Source: the human T2T-CHM13v2.0 reference genome, Homo sapiens
NCBI RefSeq assembly: GCF_009914755.1
Contig: NC_060928.1
Direction: 5' to 3' (one strand)
Length of the DNA stretch: 64,000 bases
The translations under genes and the position numbers were made by a program. The notes under the pieces are model-generated. The model saw nothing but the letters and a program-made list of their open reading frames with translations. It did not search any database and was not told where the DNA came from. Shown here piece after piece: positions 1 through 9,366 of the stretch (within the stretch, counting starts at the first letter, position 1; each line of letters begins with the position of its first letter).

Positions 1-133
1 CACAGGGCAGGCGCTGGCATCAAAGCCATGACTCACAGAAGGTCCCTTCTCAGGAGGGCCAGACTCAGAACACAGACCCTTTATGGGTTCGGGAAATACT
101 AGATATTGTAGAGAAAGCTTGAGATCTTGGAAA

Positions 134-350
134 CTAACATTTATTGAGCACTTACTGTCTTCCAGGCACTGTTCTCCATGCTTCATAGATAGAAACAAGG
201 TCCTCCTTGTTTAAGGCATTATTCCATTTTGCAGATGAGGAAACTGACACAGAGAGGATTCTGGTGACTTGCCCAAGGTCACAGGTGATTAACCATGTGG
301 CCAAGAGTCAAACCCACTAGTTTGCCTTCAAAGTCCAAGATCTAACTATG
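134..350 (-). mobile_element. MIR SINE
   Basis: aacatttattgagcacttact ... attttgcagatgaggaaactgacacagagag ... gacttgcccaaggtcacag is the reverse complement of the MIR core; ends approximate. Confidence 0.8.
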
Positions 351-383
351 ACATCAAGACACTGTCCCTTCAGTGCCCTCCCT
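288..383 (+). repeat. Left copy of 96-bp direct repeat flanking the LTR5
   Basis: attaaccatgtggcc...cagtgccctccct; 95/96 identical to 1361-1456. Confidence 0.97.
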
Positions 384-385
384 AA

Positions 386-1360
386 TGTGGGGAAAAGAAA
401 GAGAGATCAGATTGTTACTGTGTCTGTGTAGAAAGAAGTAGACATAGGAGACTCCATTTTGTTCTGTACTAAGAGAAATTCTTCACCTTGAGATGCTGTT
501 AATCTATAACCTTACCCCCAACCCCGTGCTCTCTGAAACATGTGCTGTGTCCACTCACGGTTAAATGGATTAAGGGCTGTGCAAGATGTGCTTTGTTAAA
601 CAGATGCTTGAAGGCAGCATGCTCGTTAAGAGTCATCACCACTCCCTAATCTCAACTACCCAGGGACACAAACATTGCGGAAGGCCGGAAGGCCGCAGGG
701 ACCTCTGCCTAGGAAAGCCAGGTATTGTCCAAGGTTTCTCCCCATGTGATAGTCTGAAATATGGCCTCGTGGGAAGGGAAAGACCTGACTGTCCCCCAGC
801 CCGACACCCGTAAAGGGTCTGTGCTGAGGAGCATTAGTATAAGAGGAAGGCATGCCTCTTGCAGTTGAGACAAGAGGAAGGCATCTGTCTCCTGCCCGTC
901 CCTGGGCAATGGAATGTCTCGGTATAAAACCCGATTGTATGTTCCATCTACTGAGATAGGGGAAAACCGCCTTAGGGCTGGAGGTGGGACATGCGGGCAA
1001 CAATGCTGCTCTGTAAGGCATTGAGATGTTTATGGGTATGCATATCTAAAGCACAGCACTTAATTCTTTACCTTGTCTATGATGCAGAAACCTTTGTTCA
1101 CGTGTTTATCTGCTGACCTTCTCTCCACTATTATCCTGTGACCCTGCCACATCCCCCTCTCTGAGAAACACCCAAGAATGATCAATAAATACTAAGGGAA
1201 CTCAGAGGCCAGGATGGATCCTCCGTACGCTGAACGCTGGTCCCCTGGGCCCCCTTATTTCTTTCTCTATACTTTGTCTCTGTGTCTTTTTCTTTTCCAA
1301 GTCTCTCGTTCCACCTAACGAGAAACACCCACAGGTGTGGAGGGGCAACCCACCCCTTCA
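386..1360 (+). mobile_element. HERV-K(HML-2) solo LTR (LTR5 family, LTR5_Hs/LTR5B-like), 975 bp
   Basis: Starts TGTGGGGAAAAGAAAGAGAGATCAGATTGTTACTGTGTC and ends GGGGCAACCCACCCCTTCA; TATAAAA near 923, AATAAA near 1184; short internal tandem duplication (cggaaggc) near 678-694. Confidence 0.97.
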
Positions 1361-1456
1361 ATTAACCATGCGGCCAAGAGTCAAACCCACTAGTTTGCCT
1401 TCAAAGTCCAAGATCTAACTATGACATCAAGACACTGTCCCTTCAGTGCCCTCCCT
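1361..1456 (+). repeat. Right copy of 96-bp direct repeat flanking the LTR5
   Basis: attaaccatgcggcc...cagtgccctccct directly after the LTR terminal CA. Confidence 0.97.
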
Positions 1457-3354
1457 CTCAGGCTCTAGTACGAGCCACTGGGGCCTCAGCAATCCAGGAC
1501 ATGCTTATATGCTTATTTCTTCTCCAAGTGTGTGTTGTTCTCTTTGCCGCTGGAGATATATCTTACTCTGCCTTATATTCTACTTATTTACTCACTAATC
1601 TCATTTCAAACATCCCCCTCTCCACCTCACCCCGAATCCAAAGTAGAAGGGCATGGCCTCAAGTCTAGGGACCACACCGTTTGAGGCTGGACACATGTGC
1701 GACTCTGGAACCTGTCTTTCTAATAAGCTTACCAAGTAATCCTGATGGAAATCTTCACCCTAAGTCACCACCTCGACAACTAGGCGTCTCAGAGATGAAA
1801 GCCAGGGCAGAGGGAGACTCTTACCTACCCCTTGGGAGATGGAGAAAGACACAAGAATCCTAAAAGCAGCTGTGGCTCCAGCATCTGGGAAGGGAATGGG
1901 ACAGAAAGTGCCTCCAAGATGGACTCTGTCCTACTCTTCTTTCAATCCCCAGACCTTAACACTGGGCATGGCACGTAGTCGGTGTTTAGTAAGTGCCTGC
2001 TGAGCAGCTTGTTTCACTCATGGCACCATCCCTGGCAGGGAAAGAAATAGCAGCAGAGTCACCAATGCATGTAACCTGCCTGCAGCAAGAAGTGCCCCAG
2101 ACAGGAGGCTGCAAAGCTTTAGAGCAGGGCCTTCAGCCTAATCCAGGTAGGTGGGTGGAAACCAAACACAGCCTGCTCCAGAGCTACAGGGCAAGTGCTG
2201 GCGTAGAAGCCAAAATATGTTATTTCCTTGTGCGGTTTCATGAGACTAGGCAAATCAGCACAGAACCTGGAAGGATCCCAAGTGTACCACTCTTCCTCTC
2301 TGTATTAAGTGTCCTGGAGCAAGAGCAAGCTGCTGTCACTTTGTGAGCTAGATACATACTTACTAACTTTCAAGATAAGTACAGGGTGCTCCTGAAACAC
2401 ATACTGTAAGAAAGGGAAGGGGGATGATGAAGAAGGTGACATACTTTGCAAGAGGCCAGAGGACCCACTACCAATATTCCAAGTCAAAGAAAGCTTTGGA
2501 CAACAGATGGGATTTCTTGAGCTATTTGAACAAAGATGTTAATTCATATCTAATCCCTCCATTGCCTCATCTTCTAAGTCCTGTCCCACTCCAATTACTC
2601 CTGCACAAAGCTACCAATACAAGGGCCCCAAATTCTTCCTTTGTCAAATCATGGGCTGCTCAGATCCCAAGTGGCTGCCAGTACTAACCTCAGGCCCACG
2701 CTTCAGGTTACGCCCTCCGTCACATCCACAATAGACACCTTGACCCTGGTGTTTCCAAAGGGCTCCCTTCAAACATCTACTGCAAGCACAACACACCACA
2801 TGTACACTTTATCTTGGTTTTTTTTTGCTAAAGGACAGGCAGAGAGCTAAGCCTCCAGCACAGCAGCTGGAAGGATTAAAGGCTCAGATGCTGAGAAGGC
2901 CCACTTTCTGGTAATTCCACCAAACCTCAGCCCAGGACAGAGAGAAACTGCCAAGGGAAGAACTATGAACAAACAGGCTCTCCAACTCCCTCAGTGACAA
3001 AGCAGGGGAAGGGAAATTCCCAGTGAAGTGAAACATAACTGCTCACCGCAGCAAAGATGGGAGACAATGACTTGAGATAGACAGCAACTGCAGTTGCACT
3101 TCCAGATTTCTTTACATCTTGCTCCAAAATGTAGGTCCCTCTGAAGTTTTAAAGTACATTTTAAGAAAGTATTAATATCTCACTAACTATGAAATACTAG
3201 AAACTGATTAAAGTCAAGTCAAAGAGGAAGAGTTTTTTATCTCGGGTTTAATAGGTTGTGCCAAAAACAGAAGCTCTGAGTATTTACCAGCTAAACCCCA
3301 CTAGGTCCGAGAGCCACTGAGAGTAGCATCTGTCTCGGGATAAAATGGGGTGTT

Positions 3355-3465
3355 TAGTTGAAATGCAGACTATTAATGGACCTAATTTCTGGGATGAAAC
3401 CCATTAATCTGCATTTTTAACAAGCTTTCCTGGGGACTGATCCTTCAAACAAAGTTTGAGAACAG
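3355..3465. mobile_element. MER5-type hAT-Charlie fragment
   Basis: aaatgcagac...aatctgcatttttaacaagc...aaagtttgagaac motifs. Confidence 0.55.
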
Positions 3466-3701
3466 TTCTGTTCCTGGAGTACTCTGATCCTGGAGTACCC
3501 GCCTAGTCAATTCATGTCACTTTCCAAGGACACTTCAGGCTTCCCAAACACATTGGAAAATAACACATGTAAGGTGAAAGCTCCCCAAATGCCCTTTTCA
3601 TATTGCTTTGAATTGATCTACCCCAGCTGCTGTGCAGGTCCCTGGCTTATTTCTGTATCCCCAGAGCCTGGAACACAGTTGGTACTCAATGAAGAATTGC
3701 T

Positions 3702-3737
3702 ACCAGCCTGGGCAACATAGAGAGGCCCTGTCTCTAC

Positions 3738-3769
<32 letters not shown>

Positions 3770-3902
3770 AAATTAGCAAACGTAGTGGTGCACAACTGTA
3801 GTCCCAGCTACTCGGAAGTCTGAAGCAGGAGGATTACTTGAGTCCAGGAAGCTGAGCCTGTAGTGAGCCATAATCATACCACTGCACTCCAGCCTGGGCG
3901 AC
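3702..3902 (+). mobile_element. Truncated old Alu (AluJ-like) with an expanded middle A-run
   Basis: ccagcctgggcaacatag...ctctac(A)~30...tgtagtcccagctactcgg...cactgcactccagcctgggcgac. Confidence 0.85.
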
Positions 3903-3966
3903 CTTACATGATTTTGAGCCTGGAGTCCAGAGAACTGCATTTCAATACTGGTTTAAAAGCAAATAT

Positions 3967-4288
<322 letters not shown>

Positions 4289-4756
4289 TCACCTTCATTT
4301 CTTCTTTTCTTCTTTTGATGGAACTTCTCAGAATCTTTCTTTTTAAAGAAGAGCTTTGTAGTGGATTTTTGTCATCTGGAGTGCTTTTGGCGGGGGCATG
4401 GGGGATACCCAACTTCTGAGACCACGTTTGTGAGCTGGGTGGGAGGCAGCCCTGCCTTGCATTGTGAGGTCAGCTGAGGCGCCCAAACTGTGTCCTGGTG
4501 GAGCTGAGCCATGCTGGGCCAATCAGAAGCTTTCTTCTGGGCCTGGGCCTGCGCACTCTGAAGCAGGACAGTATCTAATTCATTCCAGCAATGATGGCAG
4601 CAATGCCAGTAGCCACATCCAGGGTCCTGTTCTGGCAGCCGCAGCCACCCACCCATCAGGGGTCCTGTGGCATGTCCTAGATTCCTAAGCCTGGCTAGCC
4701 AGCCTTGCTGCCACTTACCTAAGCCACCCAGGGACCATCCTTTCAAGAAGTCCTTT

Positions 4757-5329
4757 TATATATATACATATACATATATATATGTATATGTATATATATT
4801 TTTTTATTATACTTTAAGTTCTAGGGTACATGTGCACAATGTGCATGTTTGTTACATGTGTATACATGTGCCATGTCGGTGTGCTGCACCTATTAACTCG
4901 TCATTTACATTAGGTATATGTCCTAATGCTATCCCTCCCCACTCCCGCCACCTGACAACAGGCCCCGGTGTGTGATGTTCCCCTTCCTGTGTCCAAGTGT
5001 TTTCATTGTTCAATTCCCAACAAACGGTGCTGGGAAACCTGGCTAGCCATATGTAGAAAGCTGAAACTGGATCCCTTCCTTACACCTTATACAAAAATTA
5101 ATTCAAGATGGATTAAAAACTTAAATGTTAGACCTAAAACCATAAAAACCCTAGAAGAAAACCTAGGCAATACCATTCAGGACATAGGCATGGGCAAGGA
5201 CTTCATGTCTAAAACACCAAAAGCAATGGCAACAAAAGCCAAAATTGACAAATGGGATCTAATTAAACTAAAGAGCTTCTGCAGAGCAAAAGAAACTACC
5301 ATCAGAGTGAACAGGCAACTTACAGAATC
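4757..5329 (-). mobile_element. 5'-inverted (twin-primed) L1PA insertion
   Basis: Minus-strand L1PA 3' end (ttttttattatactttaagttctagggtacatgtgcac, ~4799-5017) joined to a plus-strand ORF2 piece ([29 protein letters not shown], ~5018-5328); TSD caagaagtccttt at 4744 and 5330; tail decayed into a TA/TATG repeat. Confidence 0.92.
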
Positions 5330-5550
5330 CAAGAAGTCCTTTATCTGATAAAAATTACCCCCGACTCAGCTTCCACTGTTTTAACAAAGTATCTTGACCC
5401 TTAACAAATCTCAGAAATAGCTCTTTGCTCCCTGAAAAACCTATTTCCTTTATATTTTAAACAGTACCAACTTGGTTTAAAGTTTTCAGCTTGTCCTCTG
5501 ATGCATTTGTTCACCTCATTGTACTAAAACACAAAGAAACTGTCTCGTAT

Positions 5551-5622
5551 AAAAATCAGAAGGAAGTTTAGAAATCAGAAAGAAGTTTAGAAAAGTTTAG
5601 AAATCAGAAGGAAGTTTAGAAA
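5551..5622 (+). repeat. ~20-bp tandem repeat (aaatcagaaggaagtttag), ~3.5 copies
   Basis: Repeated units read directly. Confidence 0.85.
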
Positions 5623-7390
5623 AAAATTATGGAACACATGAAAAAAAAAACAATAAACTAAAGGGCACTGCTGAATAGACAGACAACAGCAACAGTAAGG
5701 GGGCTCTGGTCCCCCTTACTAACTCTGCCAAGATGACAGTTGTTTGAATTCTCCAACCCTTCTTCTGCTCCTCTGTCAAAGGAGGATTTCGCATAGGGTT
5801 CGCAGGCTAGCGATCTAATAGGTAAAGCACCTGGCACGCAGCTGGAAGGCTATCTGGGGTCTGTCTGCTTCTGCTAGCATCAATACTCTGAGCTCAACTC
5901 CACCGGGGCTCCTAGGATAACCGGGACAGAAAGGACGGTGAGAAAAGAAAAACGAGTAACATCACACAAGTTGAATCATATGAGGTTGACGATATTCACA
6001 TCTTCCATCCAAAAAACCGACAATTTCTTATGATTCAACCCAACATATCGCAGCGGTTGTTCGTGTCGCATGAGTCTCGGGGGGCACTCAAGAACTACGA
6101 TCGTGCACTTGCTTTCTTAACAAAGAACAGCTGCCGCCCTCAGGAACTCCAGCAAACCTTTCTCCAGAAAGGTCAGTCGCCTTAGCGGGCTCCAGGAGCA
6201 ACCTGTTGCAGAATGAAGCCTGGGGCGCCGGCTTCCCCGCCCTTTACCTCCAAACCACCTCCAGGCCAAGCCCCCTCCAGGCCTAGCTCCCTTCTGGGCG
6301 GAAGCCTCTCGCGAGCTGCGGGACACAAAAGAATGAGCGGCGGGGCGGGCGCGGGAAGCCAAGAGACTCCAGGAATTCGCAGCCGCGCAGGGGAGGGGGT
6401 TGCCGGAGTAACTTGGCTGCTCTGAGCGCGTCGGCGCCAGTTCCCCGCCGCGGCCCCTGTTGGGCACCGATCGGGGGCGATCTTGCCAGAGAGAAGGGGT
6501 TCTGGAGCTAGTTCCTCCCTCCGATCCGACTCCCTGCCCCTCCAGACACGGGCTTTCGGGGAAACTGATCCCGAGCCTCTGACTTTCTACAGCCGTGAAG
6601 CTCCTGGTCTGTCCACGCTCCTCTTTGTTGTCCGGTCGGCGTGTTCTGGCAGGGTGCGCCTTGAGCACCCCAGTTCTCCATCTAGCGATAGCCGCGGGTC
6701 CCCGCGCATGCAAGCAGAAGGGCCGTGGAGCGAGAGGCTGGGAAGGTGCTTCAAGCCAGGGGTGCATGCTTTCTCCCACGGACGCGGGGAGATGGCCTCG
6801 CTTTGTACCCCCATATCCCTACTCCCGCTGTGGTCGGCTGCACAGTGTTGGCCCATTTCCGCACTCAGCCAGGGAAGCTCAGCGCCTCACGTCCCCGGGG
6901 CCATCCCTAGAGTTTCCTTTACCGCAGACTCGTTCCCAAGACCCTGGCGAGTCTCACCTCGGTCACCGTTCTCCCCGAGAGCGAGTCCGAAGTCTCTGGG
7001 GCCCCGGTCCAGTTCGCACACTCACCTCCGACTCCCGCTCCGGAACCACGGCCGCCGGCTACCCCCACCCCCGCCCCCATCCCCAGTGGATGGAAAGAAG
7101 ACCCAAGCGGGGCGTCGCGGGCCACCACTCAGACTAAAAAGTTTGGGTTGGACGGGCACCGGCACCACCACGCTCTCCCCGCAGTTCCTCTGGCCCCCAG
7201 CCGCTGTCCGGGCCCGCACCACCTGCTGAGGGGCCAGGGAGGCGGCGCAGATGGCTAGGGTAAGGGGGGCGCAGAGCGAACCCGTCCACTCCTCACTGTA
7301 CACCCCCAGTACAGTGGAAGGAGTGCGCTCAGCCCCGCGCCTGGTCAGCAGATGCCTCTCTCGCTCCGGGATGAGGACCCAGCTACTCAC

Positions 7391-7455
7391 CGTGCACCCG
7401 GCTCCCGCTCCTGCTCCCGCCCTAGTCACCGCTGCCGCCGCCCTTCCCTTAGCTC
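7391..7455 (-). other. PROM1: Second alternative non-coding first exon (PROM1 exon 1B-like)
   Basis: Minus strand ...GCCGGGTGCACG|GTGAGTAG donor at 7391/7390; TATA-like CATAAATAA at 7476-7484, about 25-30 bp upstream of the inferred TSS. Confidence 0.65.
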
Positions 7456-7703
7456 GCCAGGCCCTGGCTCGTGAATTATTTATGACCCGGCTTCTGGGAC
7501 CACCGCGACGGCTTTCGGAGAGCCCGCCTCCCACTGCCGGCCGCGGAGGGGCTCAGGCGGCGCTGCGGCCGGACCCTCGGACGTGGCGGGAGGCAGGAGA
7601 AAGGCCCGGGTGCCCGGGGGGACCTGTTGCGGCTTCCTCTGTCCCGGACGGGGACCTAGGTATGGAGCCGCCGTAATGGAAAGGATTCCTTAAACATACT
7701 CAC

Positions 7704-7805
7704 CGCGGCGGGAGAGCTGAGAGCATGGCCAGGTGCCGCGTGGGGATCTGCCTCAGTCACTTAAAGATCGCGAAACCCGAGCCCTGGACGCACTCTGATT
7801 GGACC
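7704..7805 (-). other. PROM1: Upstream alternative non-coding first exon (PROM1 exon 1A-like)
   Basis: Minus strand ...CTCCCGCCGCG|GTGAGTATG donor at 7704/7703; CCAAT at 7798-7802; TSS end approximate. Confidence 0.7.
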
Positions 7806-8698
7806 GGCTGAGCTGCTTCGCCACGTAGCCCTGGGGCGCCCACCAGCACCTGGACAGCATCCATTTCCTGTAGAGGTGCCTGCTCAACCCCCTGCACTCC
7901 CTTCTTGCAACGCTTGCGCCTCTTTTACCCCAGCAGAGTCCCTTACTTAGAACGCAGCTACCCTCCTAAAAACTCTCCTGTCTCATCCCGGCCGCATTAG
8001 ACCCTTCTGTTGCCTAATCCCAATGCAATTAAAAAAACAACAACAACAAAAAAAAACAAAAAAACAAAATCATTTGGATCCTTAGTGTGCAGCAGTAGCA
8101 ATGCTAGTGGCTGAAGCGGTTGAAAAACAGCATAAAGCCATATTCGCTCCCATGTGTACACACAGGCATCTGCTATAACGTGAAGCCACTGCAACTTCTT
8201 TTCTCACTGCCTATTGGTCTTCCCGCTCTGTGAGTTACAACTCACCCTCGGAGTCTTCACCTTGCTACTTAGCTGAGTGGTGGAAACCTGTCAGAAGTAA
8301 TCACTCGGTGTCTAAGTGTCCTCACCAATTTGCACTTCACTCTTATTCACCACTTCTTATCTTGAATTGAGAATACTGTACTCTCCGGCAGGCAAAAAAA
8401 AGACTTAGGGAAGAAATGCACCTTCAGGATGGTGTCTAGCATACAGCAGGTGTTTAATACATGTTTGTGATATGGATAGACAGATGAAAGGATGGATGCA
8501 CAAGCTACAAATGAATGATAGACAGGAACATTAAGTCAGTACCTTTTTCTTTTTACCCCAGAATCTAACATAAAACAGGTACTGGAAAATAAGCATTTTT
8601 TGTTTTTAATAGTTAGATTGATCTTGAGTGTGTATATTTCTAGACAAGAAATGTTAGTTCAGAAAACTTCCAAAAAGTACAGTAGGACATGGCAAGGT

Positions 8699-9036
8699 TA
8701 GATGGTTTGGCTCTGTGTCCCCATCCAAATCTCATATTGAATTATAATTCACTGGGAGAGGGACCTAGTGGGAGGTGATTGGATTATGAGGGCGGATTTC
8801 TCCCTTGCTGTTCTCATGATAGTGAGTGAGTTCTCAGGATATCTGATGATTTAAAAGTGTGTGGCACTTCCCCTTTGCTCGCTCTGTCTCTCCTTCTGCC
8901 ATGTGAAGATGTGCTTGCTTTCCCTTCTTCCACCATAATTGTAAGTTTCCTGAAGCCTCTCTGGCCATGCCTACGGTACAGCCTCTGAAACCCAGTCTCA
9001 GGTAGTTCTTTATAGCAATGTGAGATCAAACTAATA
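8699..9036 (+). mobile_element. MaLR LTR (MSTA-like)
   Basis: atggtttggctctgtgtccccatccaaatctcat ... ccagtctcaggtagttctttatagcaatgtgag. Confidence 0.88.
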
Positions 9037-9234
9037 TGGGTGGAAAACAAATCTCTTCTAATCAGGGCAGATTTCCCCTCTGCAGCCCCTGCAGGTCAGA
9101 AGTTTCTGGTTGAACATCTGCTGGGGTCCCATAAACCTTCTCCTAGATAGCACTTTTAGGCTGGAGCTAGCAAAAGAGGTGATTTCTCAAAGGAGTGGGT
9201 CCTGATCTCCGTCAAAGTTTGGTCCCGCCTCTTT

Positions 9235-9320
9235 TAATCGCTGTGACTTTGGCTGCTTAATATTTCTCTGAGCCTCAGTTTCCTGGTCTGCAAAATGAAG
9301 ACAATTATAACTCACAGGGC
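9235..9320 (+). mobile_element. MIR core fragment
   Basis: ctgtgactttgg...ctctgagcctcagtttcctggtctgcaaaatg. Confidence 0.65.
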
Positions 9321-9366
9321 TCATTTTCATTCCTAATAATATCAACAACAATAGTATCAGTAGAAA

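Larger units (their letters stand above)
6050..7850. promoter_or_regulatory. PROM1: CpG island multi-promoter region of a minus-strand gene, probably PROM1 (CD133)
   Basis: High GC and CpG density, GC boxes and several minus-strand GTGAGT donors; gene identity rests on recalled PROM1 5'UTR text (...CAATCAGAGTGCGTCCAGGGCTCGGGTTTCGCGATCTTTAAGTGACTGAGGCAGATCCCCACGCGGCACCTGGCCATGCTCTCAGCTCTCCCGCCGCG), not verified by search. Confidence 0.75.

Noticed and set aside
586-813. ORF MCFVKQMLEGSMLVKSHHHSLIS...
   Set aside because: Incidental frame inside LTR5 U3, also seen in SVA/LTR5-derived peptides; no evidence of a gene
386-1360. SVA element
   Set aside because: Complete LTR with TG...CA ends; no VNTR, hexamer repeat or polyA tail
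4968-5348. 126-aa ORF with L1 ORF2 similarity
   Set aside because: Fragment of the inverted L1 piece, not a gene
5551-5622. CRISPR-like repeat array
   Set aside because: Head-to-tail tandem units without unique spacers, in eukaryotic DNA
6117-7676. Long overlapping ORFs (up to 248 aa) in the CpG island
   Set aside because: Expected from stop-codon scarcity in GC-rich DNA; Pro/Arg/Gly/Ser-rich, on both strands, no recognisable domain
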